A DNA stretch of 61,393 nt. It comes from Nemertoderma westbladi (taxonomy: Eukaryota; Animalia; Xenacoelomorpha). Shown here piece by piece: positions 11,715 through 23,614 of the stretch (position 1 is its first letter; each line of letters begins with the position of its first letter). The position numbers were made by a program, and so were the translations under genes. The stretch covers positions 1 through 61,393 of the forward strand of contig JAUCBJ010000106.1 in assembly GCA_032718475.1 (NCBI GenBank), given 5' to 3'. The notes below the pieces were generated by a model that did not search any database, was not told where the DNA came from, and saw nothing but the letters and a program-made list of their open reading frames with translations.

Positions 11715-13296
11715 CCCTATTAAACCCGGGGGGGGGGGGGGGGGGGTTCAATATGACCCCTCCCGTGGTTTTTTTATTATAATTCTGAAACAAACGCAGT
11801 TGGGATTCTGAAATTTTATGACTTTTCCTAAAAATCTATTGTCTTCCTAGTAGTGAAAACCGTTTTCAAAAATATTGGGTACTTTTCGAGTTATAGCACC
11901 ATTTTTTTTTATAGCACTTTTTTTGAGACGTTTTTTGAAAATTACATTTCATTAAATATGAATTGTAACATCTCTATTTTTGATTTACACCGGTTTTTTG
12001 GTGTTAGAAATTTGATGGAAGTCATATAAATTGATTTAGAAATTTCAAACTTGTTTTTTTCGGTGGGTGCCAAATTTTGGTGCCAGCACAAAATTTTGAA
12101 ATAAGTCAATTTTGTAAATCGATCGTTTGAAACATGTTATTTACGCAATTGGGGTTTTTTGGGTTTCTGGATTCGATAAAATATATACGAGCTGCAACAA
12201 GCGTATCAAACTTGTATTTTTCGGTGCTGTGTGCAAATTTTGGTGCTAGCACGAAATTTTGAAAATCCATTCAATAGATAAAATTGCTTGTGACAATTTA
12301 TTTCTTGCGTTTTAGAGGTAAATGGCTGTTCTGAATTCAATGGAAAATATAATTATCGAACTAGACATCTCAAACTTGTATTTTTGGATGTGGGTGCAAA
12401 ATGTGGTGCTAGCACCAAATTTTGAAAACCATCAAATATATCAATTGATTGTGTCACCTTGTTTCTTGCGTTATACGGGTTTGTGATGGTTCTGAATTCA
12501 ATGGAATCAGTAAAAATTTCATAAGTGTTCTCCAACTTTTATTTTTCGCCGGTGGGTGAAAATTGTTGTGCCAGCACCAAATTTTGAAGAATATGCAAAT
12601 TGATAAGTAGATAGTATCACCTTGTTTCTTGCGTTATACGGATTTATGAGGGTCCTGAATCCGATGGAATCAATAAAAACAACACTGGACATCGCAAACT
12701 TGTACTTTTTGGTGATGGGTACGAAATTTGGTGCTAGCACCAAAATTTGCCAAATTACGCCGAAAAATACAAGTAGCAATGATCTGGCATATTAGAAATG
12801 TATTCCTTTAGAATTAGAATCAGCGCCCTCGAAAACCTGAAAATGTGAATTTATAGCATCGTATAAGTGAATTAAAAATTTTGTGTTCTAACTGAAAAGT
12901 GCTGGTTACTTGTTTTTTTCATTTTTTTCTACCCAGAGAGGACTAAACAGCCATTTATATTAATCATATCATTTTTTAATATTTTCCAATGTATTTTGCA
13001 CCACAGAAAAGCTGTATTGAAAAATAATTAGCCGAAAATGTAACTTTCAAATTTGGTGAAAATTGTGCACTACTTGTAATTTTGGTGCTGCAATATAACC
13101 ACCCCAGTACATTTTTTCGAAAAATCGTGTCGGATTTTTTCGGTCGGATCCAGACAGGTGATACCTACGTACAAACAAAAAATCAGACGTTTTCGTAAAT
13201 ATTTGTAGATTTTAGAGGGGGGGGGGGGGTCATTATGACCCCCCCCCCCCCCCCCCCGGTATTTGTACAACATTTTATAGCCCGGTACTAATAGGG
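11715..13296. mobile_element. piggyBac-like non-autonomous element
   Basis: TTAA TSDs at 11711-11714 and 13297-13300. TIRs CCCTATTAAACCCGGG / CCCGGTACTAATAGGG; subterminal G/C-tract hairpins; internal ~160-bp repeats (~5 copies, 12045-12750); no ORF. Confidence 0.8.
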
Positions 13297-13300
13297 TTAA

Positions 13301-14246
13301 AGGTCGGTGATTTCATTTCTGATGCCAGTTTTTACTTTCATATAAATCTAGTCTGTTTGTCTGTCCGTCTTTCTGTCAGTCAGTCTGTCAACACTTAAAA
13401 AAGAATACAAACTATCTAACATTCTCGCTATGGGGGTTTTAAGTAAAGTAAAGTAAAAAAAGTAAAAGTAAATTTTCTTCGGCCGCTAGGACAGGGATTA
13501 CGCACAAAGTCTGACTGACGACTTATTTCCAGTGCGGTCCACCCAGAACTTTACTAGCCAGGGGAAACTCCAGTACTCATTTAGCTACCACTTAAGGATG
13601 CAAGGCAGAGGTGCACCCAGGCTGGTCCCTTTAATGCATTCGTGCCAAAACGAAAACTGCCCTGGCCCATGAGAGGATCGAAACCACGACCTACAGGAGA
13701 TGTGAATTCAATGCAACCACTACACAAAGGTGGAACCTTAAGGGGTGCTGATTTCATTTCTGATGTCAGTTTTCACGTTTACATAAATGTAGTCTGCCTT
13801 TCTGTTGGTCTATCGGTCTTTCTGTCAGTCAGTCTGTAAAACGTAATAAGAACACTAACTAACTAACATTCTCGCTATGGGGGTTTTAAGGGGTGCTGAA
13901 TTCATTTCTGATGTCATTTTTCACGTTTACATAAATCTAGTCTGTCTTTCTGTCAGTCAGTCTTTCGAAACTTAAAAAAGAATACAACCTATCTAACATT
14001 CTCGCTATGGGGGTTTTAAGGGGTGCTGATTTCATTTCTGATGTCAGTTTTCACGTTTACATAAATCTAGTCTGTCTTTCTCTCGGTCTGTCGGTCTTTC
14101 TGTCAGTCAGTGTGTAAAACATTAATAGAGAATACTACCTAACTAACATTCTCGCTGTGGGGGTTTTAAGGGGTGCTGATTTCATTTCTGATGTCATTTT
14201 TCACGTTTACATAAATCTAGTCTGTCTCTCTGTCGGTCTGTCGGTC
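13301..14246 (+). repeat. ~140-bp tandem repeat with a (CTGT)-like microsatellite, interrupted by three insertions
   Basis: Unit ...CTCGCTATGGGGGTTTTAAGGGGTGCTGATTTCATTTCTGATGTCAGTTTT...CTAGTCTGTC... Begins at ~11670 and resumes at 26247; inverted copies at 26279-26391 and 45985-46085. Confidence 0.85.
13444..13737 (-). mobile_element. tRNA-derived SINE
   Basis: TTAAG duplication at both ends; (TTTAC)n tail on the minus strand; B-box-like GGTTTCGATCC. Body motif GTACTCATTT...AAGGATGCAAGGCAGA is shared with 58880-59100. Confidence 0.6.
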
Positions 14247-15505
14247 TGTAAAAGCTTTTGTGGGATAACTGATACGTTTGCCTTTGCTGGCCAGTTCTCC
14301 CCCAGGCGCTGGAATACTCTAAAAAGGTTTTCTAACTGTATATATATTCCCCTCGCCCGCAAGGTACCTTTACAGGTGTTTTAACGGACATAAAAATCAT
14401 TCTGCTATATACGTGTTTTGGCGGACATGGTAAGGCAAAAAACTTGTAATGCACCAACTACCTTTCACAGCTTAGCCGTGATGATTCATATTACGACATC
14501 TAGCAGCTGGTTGCTGACATGGAAACAGCCATTGGACGCGTGGTTCTTTGTTTGGCTTGGGCCAATCAGGGCGGTTTTTCCTGTCGACGTGTAGCTTTTC
14601 TGCCGATCATAAGGAGAGTGTTCTGTCTTACTGTTTTACTTGTTACTTTGTTGTTATTGCTGTCTAAGCCAGAAACACCGGCCTTTTGGGAAGAACTCTA
14701 GTAAACTGCTTGAATTATCGAAAGTATAAACTGTTACCGAATCGAATCACAATTAATTAATCAATCAAATCGAAAGACAGCATTAACTCACTTAATTTAA
14801 TTGCATTAATCATATTGTTTGTACTGTTATTTTACCGTCAGTTATTAATTGTACCTATTTGTTGATGGAAATATTGCTATTTGGATAATACGGATAAATC
14901 ACCCAATTCCCAATTTTCTTGATAACACTACAGGTTAGAGAGACCGGCTATACATAACAATTGCGATTTATATTAATGTGGTGTGTATTGAATCCAATGT
15001 TATTTAGCAGACCCTACGTGAGTCAATTACTGCTCTCTTTATGTGTGATCAAATGTACTGACTGTCGGCAGAATAGTGTGTATGATTGTGATTGGTAACA
15101 AAGTATTTCCTAAAGAATACGCTTTATACTTTAATCATAAGCAGTATCGTTGCGTTTTAGTATAAGTCTTAGTTCTGTTTAAATAGATAAAGCGCCACGT
15201 CCTAAAGGAACTGTTAATATTTCCCGAAAGCCAATAATATCTGTCAGAGATTAATTATTAACGATCTATCGAATAATACAGTAAGTTTACACTGCAACCT
15301 TACACTGTAATAATACAATTCAAGCATCCGAATTCAGTCTCCCGGGTGTAGATCCATCGGGTGAATGATCGCGCATGGGCTGACTTCGGCTAATGTTTTG
15401 CGTATTAGCATAAAATATTGTCGTATGCTAAAGTGGTTTTAATTAACTAGAAGACATATAAATTTTGGCAGGTTAAACTGCTAAAGGTCTTCAAAAGCGC
15501 GAACA
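14247..15505 (+). repeat. 5' LTR (1259 bp)
   Basis: TGTAAAAGC...GCGCGAACA, nearly identical to 24983-26241. Confidence 0.97.
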
Positions 15506-15939
15506 GTAACAGTTTATAATCTTATTGCAGTAAGCAATAAGGTTGCAAGTGTAGGCATTAAATACAGTTTAATACTGTTCTGTCGAACAGTAACAGTTTA
15601 CAATCTTATTGCAGTAGGCAATAAGGTTGCAAAATACCGTAGTGACCGGTAAAACTGAACCGGTACTTTGTAGGTCAGTAGGCCTAACTGTCATCACCGG
15701 TACCGGTACTGCTGTACAAGTACATTTAGTATTATTCGATTTTGATTATTGTATACCGGTAGGCTGTTTAAGGGATTAGGGACTGTACACCCCTTGTTTC
15801 TTTTGGAGCTTACTTATTTCTGTCAGTTTTATTTCCTAGTAAGTTAATATTGAGCTGAAGACGTGTAAGTCTGCTCAGATTGTTCAGATAATTGTAGGCT
15901 GAGCTGCTGTCTGACTGTGGTTGGGTTTGGAGAGATTAC

Positions 15940-16455
15940 GGCGTGTGTAGAGTTTGTCTGATAAAGTGCCGTTAGTAAGTTGGGGCAGTCATAACTGTAA
16001 GGTCAATCCCCTCTTAAAGAGTAAGTCGTACTACCGTGTTAGCACGCATACTAACTAACAGTTTCAGAGTCTGCATATACTGTAGTTTATTTAGGCTTGA
16101 TCGTAGTCTGTCAGTGTTTTAGCCTGTGTTTGTTTGTGTGGTCTGTTCAGGTACCGTAATAGTTATTACTCAAATATTTGTAGGCTGGATTGTTGTCTAG
16201 CTATTTTTTAGGTCTGAAGGGATTGCTGCGTGTGTAGAGTTGGTCTGATCAAGTGCCGTTAGTAAGTTGGGGCAGCCATATGCTGTAAGGACAATCCCCT
16301 CTTAAAGAGTAAGTCGTACTACCGTGTTAGCACGCATACTAACTAACAGTTTCAGAATCTGCACATACTGTAGTTTGTTTAGGCTTGATAGTAGTTTGCC
16401 AGCGTTTGGTTTGTATTTGTTTGAGTATTCTGTACGGGTAGCGTAATATTTATTA
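15940..16455 (+). repeat. ~230-bp direct duplication in the element's 5' UTR
   Basis: 15940-16165 resembles 16228-16455 (GCGTGTGTAGAGTT..AAGTGCCGTTAGTAAGTTGGGGCAG...). Confidence 0.85.
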
Positions 16456-17765
16456 TTCAGAGTTTATGCGATTATTCGCAACATTCATGTCCCCAAGTTT
16501 ATTCCTACAGTAATTGTGTTTGTTACACATACCGTTATAGTTAAATTAACTCCGGTACTACACGGGCTGCTTGGCGTAGGTAAAGACTGACGACTTTGTG
16601 CTTCGGTCACTCCAGCAGATGCCGTGGTTCTTTTAACTGTTCAAGTATATTTAACTACTGATTATTTGTTATACCGGTACTTGTACCTAATTTAGGGTTT
16701 AGTGTACAGTGCTATCCGAAGTAATTAGTGTAGGCAGTATATTTGTGTTGTAAAGTGGTTGATAGGCACATTCGTTAGCTCTATTAGCTTCTGGGTAGGA
16801 ACAATCCGTGATACATAACGTAGTACCTATAGCGATACGGTTATAGGTCGTCAGGCGGTGGTATTTTCCTATCTGGACAGTACAGTATATTTACTACTAC
16901 TTATTATTTCAAATACCGTAGTACCCTGTCCGTTGTAATAAACCGAATTCTAACCCTTTGTTAGACTGGTTTGTAGACTTCCTGTAAAATTACCCTAAAA
17001 AATTCGTACGTAATATTTTGTTGTGTTTAATTAGAGAATTAATCTCACCCGTATCGTAAGTAATTTGTAGTATTAAGTAACTTAGGTAAATTAGAATTAT
17101 CTGTTTTAGTGTCCAATAAATAGCACTCCACTGAGAGCGCACAGCTTCTGTGTAGTGACCCCCAGAAATAATAACATTTATTTCAAATATTGACAAAAAC
17201 CCATATAACGGGTATATAAATATTATAAATCAACTCAAACGATTTATAAATAGTAGGCCTGCCATACAACAACTAGGTCTCAATATCAGTTGGACTGCTG
17301 CTTAAATAACGGTAATAAAGTAAGTTAAAGTAACCAAGTAACCCTAAAATATTCAGAAATTCAATTATTCTAAAATAATTGACATACCGGTATTTACCAT
17401 AGGCTTATTATATTTATTTCTATAAATTTGTGCTGAAATCATACCGGTACTCTGTAATTAATTATAGTCCAGAATTATACTTATATACTATAAGTGTAGG
17501 CTGTATACCGGTATTCACGATAGGCCTATTATATATTTATATATATTTGTGCTAAAATTATATACCGGTACTCTGTGACAAATCTAGTCTGTAATAATAC
17601 TTATATATATATTATAAGCATACCGGTATTCTAATATATTATATATATATCACGCTACACTGAGTAGCAGCATCGGTAATTAATTATTAGGCTAACAGTG
17701 ATACTGAATTACTAGACTTGCTTTAACTGTAATATAGCAGTAGGCATTCAACTGTACAATCAAAC

Positions 17766-20700
17766 ATGGCTGACACAAGGCAAACTCTGTCAGATAGTCT
17801 CCTAGAAACAACAGCCTGTTTCTCAGATCAAAGTGTAGAGAATCCCAGACCGAGGTCTGAAACCCCTCATACTGTAAGAAGGGCAACCCCTGCAGTGGTT
17901 GTGTCAGAACCTAGGTTGGTAGAAAAGATTTCGCAATTTGCGAAGTTAGTGAAGCGCCGTTGGTCTGCCATAGGCACTCGGGCCCAAGTCAAGCGGGATC
18001 AAGAAGAAGCTATAAAACAGCAGCAACCTCCTAGCCAAGAACCGGGTCCTCAGCGGTCCGATGGCTCCAGTAGTTCGGATACTGTTGAGCGGACGCCAGA
18101 ACGCGGAGCGAAGATGGCGGATACGGTTTATGATGGGCGGCCAGCCTGTGGGGAATCAACCGACGCCACTTCTTCTCGAGTGGAAAGTGAGGTGGAAAGC
18201 GAAGTGGAAAGTGAGGTGGAAAGCGAAGTGGAAAGCGAGGTGGAAAGCGAAGTGGAAAGCGAATTAACATCAGCAGAGAAGCCGCGAACTAGAGACGCTA
18301 TCGACATTTATTTGTCCGACTATCAGCGATTCCTAGGAGACGAAGAGTTGAGGAGACGGCTGTCTGGACTTTCCCCTAATAGTGAAGGAACCAAGCTTGT
18401 GTTGGACGCAATCGATGCCGAAATGTTAGCTGCAAACCAAGCTGAATGTGATGAAAAACTCCGCCTCATTAGAGTCCGAGAAGAACAAATAAAGAAAAGA
18501 AGGATAGAGGAACAAAAGGCGGCAGCTATGGCAGAAGTAGAAGCAGAAAGAAAGGCAGCAGCGGCAGAAGCAGAAGCAAAAGGAAGGGCAGCTATGGCAG
18601 AAGTAGAAGCAGAAAGAAAGGCAGCAGCGGCAGAAGCAGAAGCAAAAAGAAAGGCAGCGGCGGCAGAAGCAAAGGCGGAAAGGGCAGTGGCCGAAGCAGA
18701 ACGGAGAGCCGCTGAGCAGACTACCCAACTGGAGTTGGAAAATCTGCAAGAGACACAAGACAGTATAAATAAACAGTTTACTGCTAATCAAATGCAGATG
18801 ATGAGAAAAGCTACTCCCAAGCGCCAGGGATACACATCCTCGGAGGAAGGCGAGACCACCGATCCTGAAGGCGGAGGAAATAGATCTCGTCTAAACAGGC
18901 GTATAAAAACATCTTACCGTCACAAATTGCCTAATTTGCCCCCAGCTGTCAGAAGACAACTAGCTAGCACAGACTTAGGTAGTACAGAACCTACAGACCA
19001 AACCATTCAGGTCAAAAGACTACCTACAATAGTTGATGAGCCTGAAATAATTAGGCCTGTCGTTCCCCAAGTCACTTCTGTGCTAGAGACCCCTGCACTT
19101 CCAGAGCTTAACTCTAAATTCCCTTTACACAGCACTACACTGCCTGTACCCGATGGAACAGTCCATGCAAATACCCCTGTCCAGATAGCAGAGAGAGAAA
19201 TCAATAATTTGTCTCCCGTCGTCCCGCGTCAGCCCGCTACTATGTTGGCGACTCCCGCTTCGGCGGTTGAGTGGGTGGAAGAGGGACGGCGGGGGATGAA
19301 TCTCCTGCTAGGACAGATGCAGGAGACTGTCCACCAACTTAAGGGAACAGTGAGGGAAGGTAGAGCGGAGTTGCAAGAAGTGCAGCAAAGTATCGCGCTA
19401 GAACGCGATAAATTAGTCAATATACAAAAGGGCATACCAATACCCCCTGTAACATTGTGTCAACCCGTTAGGTCTGAAGTATTACATGCGCAAGGTGTGG
19501 AGCCTACACGCATCTATACTGCTAGTGAAGTTGAAACTCCTATAGCAAACCCTATTAAGGGTGATTATAGATCTGTTATTAATGATATTCCTTATCGACC
19601 TGATAATGATCCGAGAAATTTGTATACCGATAATTCGATATTAAATAACACGATGGCCCAGGAAAGCTTTACGCGTCAGATGGCTAGAACAGAAGCCCGC
19701 CAAGCGGTCAAAGTGGGAGAGATCGTCAAATTCAATGGAGATGAGATGAAATGGTTACCTTTCAACGAATATTACAAAGATAGCATACAGAACTCTGTAC
19801 TATCTAACGGAGAGAAACTTAGATTCCTCATCAAGTGCTTGGAAGGACCTCCCAAGTTAATGGCGTTAAAGTTTATTGGACATCCAGATGGATTAAGACA
19901 AGTTTGGGATACATTAAACATCAGGTATGGTAACAAGGATAACATAGCTAAGTATTTGTATACAAAATTAGTAGCCCCCCGACACTTCCTTAGTAGTGGG
20001 ATTATAGAGTTTTCCGATGAAATTCAAGAGATCTGTAGACAACTGGACTGGTTAGGTAAGTCGCATGAATATCAGAGTTCCATGGTTATTGGAGCCGTAG
20101 TCTCTACTTTACCAAAGGGTGGAGTATGTACGCGCTGGGACAAGAAAGTGTTGTACATGAATGAACAACAACGACGAAGTCCTACCATGGCTGATCTCAT
20201 GTCTTTCTTAGATAGTGAAGTAAAATTACAACTCATAAGGCAGGCCAGAGAGAAAACATCGGAAAATAAGGTAAGTGAGAAACCCGATTCTAGGAGAAGG
20301 ATAATACCAGTGTGTTATACTGACGACGGCGAAAGCCAAGCTTCTCAAGAAGAGGACAGCGGGAAAGACACCGAACGATCTTACTATGACAACAAGACCT
20401 ATAAAGACGTAAGTAAATACAAGTCTCGAACCAGTGACAGGAGAGAACAGGTAACAACAACTCCTCCTACGTCTCCTAAGAGAATTCACGGAAGAAAGCC
20501 CGAAGAAAGAACGAGAGTGCAGAACGTTAACCAAGTTAAGGTGAGTAACATCAAACCAAAATGTGCGCTGTGCGACGGGCCCCACCGTTTGAGTGCGTGT
20601 GCAGAATTCCTAAAGAAATCCATGGCAGATAGACGTGGAGTCCTGTGGGATAAACGGTTATGTTATAACTGTCTCAGACGCGGACACCAGCGGCGAACCT

Positions 20701-21989
20701 GTTACTCTGACGCAAGGTGTGCTAAGTGCGGCGCGAAACATCATAGCTTGTTGCACACGGAATTCGAACGAAACAACCCTAGTCAGGTAAGTGAGCCCAA
20801 ATCACATGTCCAATTCAGTGATGTGAACGACACTGACCAAAGTTCTGAGTGGGAAGGATTCTATACGGACGAATTCTCCGATGCCAACGAATCCTGTTAC
20901 CTAATAAATACCACAGTGTATCGAGCACTTACGGATGAAAAGGACACTGACGAGTTTACTCCAACTCCTTTTGACAAACAACCATCTTGGAAAGTTCCAA
21001 CTTCCAACATAGGAATAAGAGAATTTCCTGTAGTGCAAGTTCGAGTTCATGGTCCCAACAAGAGTTACATAGTGAACGCCCTACTTGACTCCGGCAGCAC
21101 AGGAACATTCATCGATCAAGAACTAGCCGAAGATATCTTTGCTGGACAACCCAAATTCCAAACTAAGTTGAATATGTCCGGAATTATGCAGGTTTGGAAA
21201 TCTACCATAACGGCAGATTACTATGTAGGTGCGTTGTCCACCCCCCAGGATAAATTAGGAGCACAAAGTATAAGGTCAGTAAAAATGGTGGCTATAAAGA
21301 ACTTCGCTACTACCCAAGCAGACCTTTATAATTGGGACGAGGACGAGTGCATCCAACATCTTGAGATACCTCGATTCCAAACCGATTATCCTGGAGTGCA
21401 AATACTCATCGGCCAAAACGCGCATGAGGCGCTCGAGCCATTAGAGAAACGGCCTGCTCAACCACAGCCACTACAAACCTATGCGGTAAGAACTAGAGTA
21501 GGTTGGTACTTCACTGGCCCTTCCCGTAGAACTCTCAAAGAGAGATTACCTCAACAACAGGTATACCAAGTAAAGGGGGAAGTGGAGAGCAGTGATGTGG
21601 ACGAACTAACTGAGGGAACACCATACTCCTCAGATAATGACGATATTAACTCCAATGAAGATCAATGGAGACATCGCCCCGAGATGATTAATCTAGCCGA
21701 CATCGCTTCCAGAGGAGCGACTCCTCAAGAACGGATAGATACTCCCGGCTGGTTAGGTGGACCCGACTCCCTAAGTAAAGAAGAAGATGAATGGCCTCCT
21801 CATCTTACCACGGCGGAGAGTAGACAGGCCAAGGGAGCGGAGAAAGTAACACGACAACCCAATCACCCAGCTGGTCGTTTATGTTTACTGGAAAGAGACC
21901 AAAAACTGTCCGGAAACTATGGAAGGCAAGATACTCTTCCTACGACCACTTCCCTAATCCGACAAATATCTAGGGACTCCATAACGTAA
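17766..21989 (+). CDS. gag: BEL/Pao Gag-aspartic protease polyprotein fused to the RNase H C-terminal tail
   Basis: Coiled coil; DUF1759-like region (KFNGD..W..F...EKLRFL..CLEG); three BEL knuckles CX2CX3HX4C, CX2CX4HX4C, CX2CX3HX4H; protease ALLDSGS/ILIG; QWRH..NLADIASRG..W..GP..WP. No YVDD motif or integrase. Confidence 0.93.
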   Translation: MADTRQTLSDSLLETTACFSDQSVENPRPRSETPHTVRRATPAVVVSEPRLVEKISQFAKLVKRRWSAIGTRAQVKRDQEEAIKQQQPPSQEPGPQRSDGSSSSDTVERTPERGAKMADTVYDGRPACGESTDATSSRVESEVESEVESEVESEVESEVESEVESELTSAEKPRTRDAIDIYLSDYQRFLGDEELRRRLSGLSPNSEGTKLVLDAIDAEMLAANQAECDEKLRLIRVREEQIKKRRIEEQKAAAMAEVEAERKAAAAEAEAKGRAAMAEVEAERKAAAAEAEAKRKAAAAEAKAERAVAEAERRAAEQTTQLELENLQETQDSINKQFTANQMQMMRKATPKRQGYTSSEEGETTDPEGGGNRSRLNRRIKTSYRHKLPNLPPAVRRQLASTDLGSTEPTDQTIQVKRLPTIVDEPEIIRPVVPQVTSVLETPALPELNSKFPLHSTTLPVPDGTVHANTPVQIAEREINNLSPVVPRQPATMLATPASAVEWVEEGRRGMNLLLGQMQETVHQLKGTVREGRAELQEVQQSIALERDKLVNIQKGIPIPPVTLCQPVRSEVLHAQGVEPTRIYTASEVETPIANPIKGDYRSVINDIPYRPDNDPRNLYTDNSILNNTMAQESFTRQMARTEARQAVKVGEIVKFNGDEMKWLPFNEYYKDSIQNSVLSNGEKLRFLIKCLEGPPKLMALKFIGHPDGLRQVWDTLNIRYGNKDNIAKYLYTKLVAPRHFLSSGIIEFSDEIQEICRQLDWLGKSHEYQSSMVIGAVVSTLPKGGVCTRWDKKVLYMNEQQRRSPTMADLMSFLDSEVKLQLIRQAREKTSENKVSEKPDSRRRIIPVCYTDDGESQASQEEDSGKDTERSYYDNKTYKDVSKYKSRTSDRREQVTTTPPTSPKRIHGRKPEERTRVQNVNQVKVSNIKPKCALCDGPHRLSACAEFLKKSMADRRGVLWDKRLCYNCLRRGHQRRTCYSDARCAKCGAKHHSLLHTEFERNNPSQVSEPKSHVQFSDVNDTDQSSEWEGFYTDEFSDANESCYLINTTVYRALTDEKDTDEFTPTPFDKQPSWKVPTSNIGIREFPVVQVRVHGPNKSYIVNALLDSGSTGTFIDQELAEDIFAGQPKFQTKLNMSGIMQVWKSTITADYYVGALSTPQDKLGAQSIRSVKMVAIKNFATTQADLYNWDEDECIQHLEIPRFQTDYPGVQILIGQNAHEALEPLEKRPAQPQPLQTYAVRTRVGWYFTGPSRRTLKERLPQQQVYQVKGEVESSDVDELTEGTPYSSDNDDINSNEDQWRHRPEMINLADIASRGATPQERIDTPGWLGGPDSLSKEEDEWPPHLTTAESRQAKGAEKVTRQPNHPAGRLCLLERDQKLSGNYGRQDTLPTTTSLIRQISRDSIT

Positions 21990-23614
21990 TAACATATGGA
22001 GTGGGTGTGTGACTATATCATTTTATATTTGTTTTTATTTTATATTTATGTATGTATTATTATGTAATATTATTATAATCGTTTTCTTTAATTTTATTTG
22101 GTAGAATGTTATTTTAGGGATTATTTAGTAGATTAGTGCAATATATTAGTGTTTATTACGTACGTAATTATTTATAATATATATTTAGTGCGACGGCGAG
22201 AAATAATTATTTTTTCTCTTTCCTTACTGTCCGTATCATATTATAAATACGTGACTACAGTAAGATGAAATGTCCGTACTTATTAAAGTACAATAAAGCC
22301 ACTACTATATTTAAGTATTATTGGTAGGCAGAGTATTAGGAATGCAAAGTTCAGATCCTCGTGTCTCGGCTAAACCAAGCTCTGGGTAGACCTTGGAAAC
22401 GACTTGCCTCTTCACACTGACATTGCTTCGTGCGATATTGCTCTTCTACCTTATAACAAATAATACATATAGTAGCGTGATGTCCCTCTAACAGTAGCGT
22501 CAATCGCAAATAAATCTGTTAAACTTTTGACCATCTGTAATTCTAGTCGATTAAGATATCGTGGCACCCACCGATATACTTGAAAGACAAATTCTAGAAT
22601 CAGTGGTTAACGTCCCCAGACAAGTTCTGGAATAACTTGGTGCCCATCCTAAATATTAATTTAATATTTATTAAAATCTGTAAAATTCAGATCCGTTAAC
22701 AATTCTAGTCGATTAAGATATCGTAGCACTTACCGATACTCTTAAAAGACAAATTTTACAGAATTAAGGATCCTGAGTCCCCAGATATGCTCTGGAATAA
22801 AATTTATGTCAATTTAATATCAAATAATAAAATTCACGGGAATAAATTTAAATTCATATTCGAATGAATTTCATAAATTGTCATTTTGTGCAATTTATAA
22901 CATTCCCAAAATTCCAGTAATTAATAGATCATGGGAGCGGAGATTCATATTGAGTGTGCTAGAGTGTGAGAATCTCCAACATATAGTCAATAGCCGATAA
23001 AATTTATAAAATCATGCATAAAGAGGATATTGACAATTAAAGAATTACTATTAAATAACATCCCAGATCTGTATGCATGAGGATTGCCCTAATTCTACCG
23101 CTAGTTTTCCATAATGTCACCATGGCAACACCCACGCTAGAATTAGAAGCAAGTTAAAAGAACAATAAAAGGCTTGCCCCATTGCGTAGCATAAGAGTAT
23201 ACATAGCGCGCTATTAGTATCCAAGGATACATAGTAAATACGTGACATTCTGGAAGACACTGACTAACGGACAAATGGCATGCATGTGTGTAGTAAGTAA
23301 TGATTGTATGGAATTTGTGCGTTTATAGGTGAATGTTACTACTAAAGTGTGTTTACAGTAGCTAATCGCAATTGTAAAATAGCCCTAACTCTACCGAGAT
23401 AACCTCAAGTGGATTCAAGCTTTTGGGACGGACAGTGGTGGGACTTGTGCCGGTTATCGTTGTCGTGCTATTGCTACATGTTGGCGTAAACACTGCGACA
23501 GCGGTACATCGGCGCTGAGAAACCCACTGTCCGGGGGCAAAGCCTAGTAGGCAGCGACGCCCGCTTGCCTAAAATATTAACTCATATTGATATTAATAAA
23601 CTCAGATAACAGAT

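Noticed and set aside
18031-20585. Antisense and alternate-frame ORFs within gag
   Set aside because: These are shadows of the repetitive gag coding sequence.
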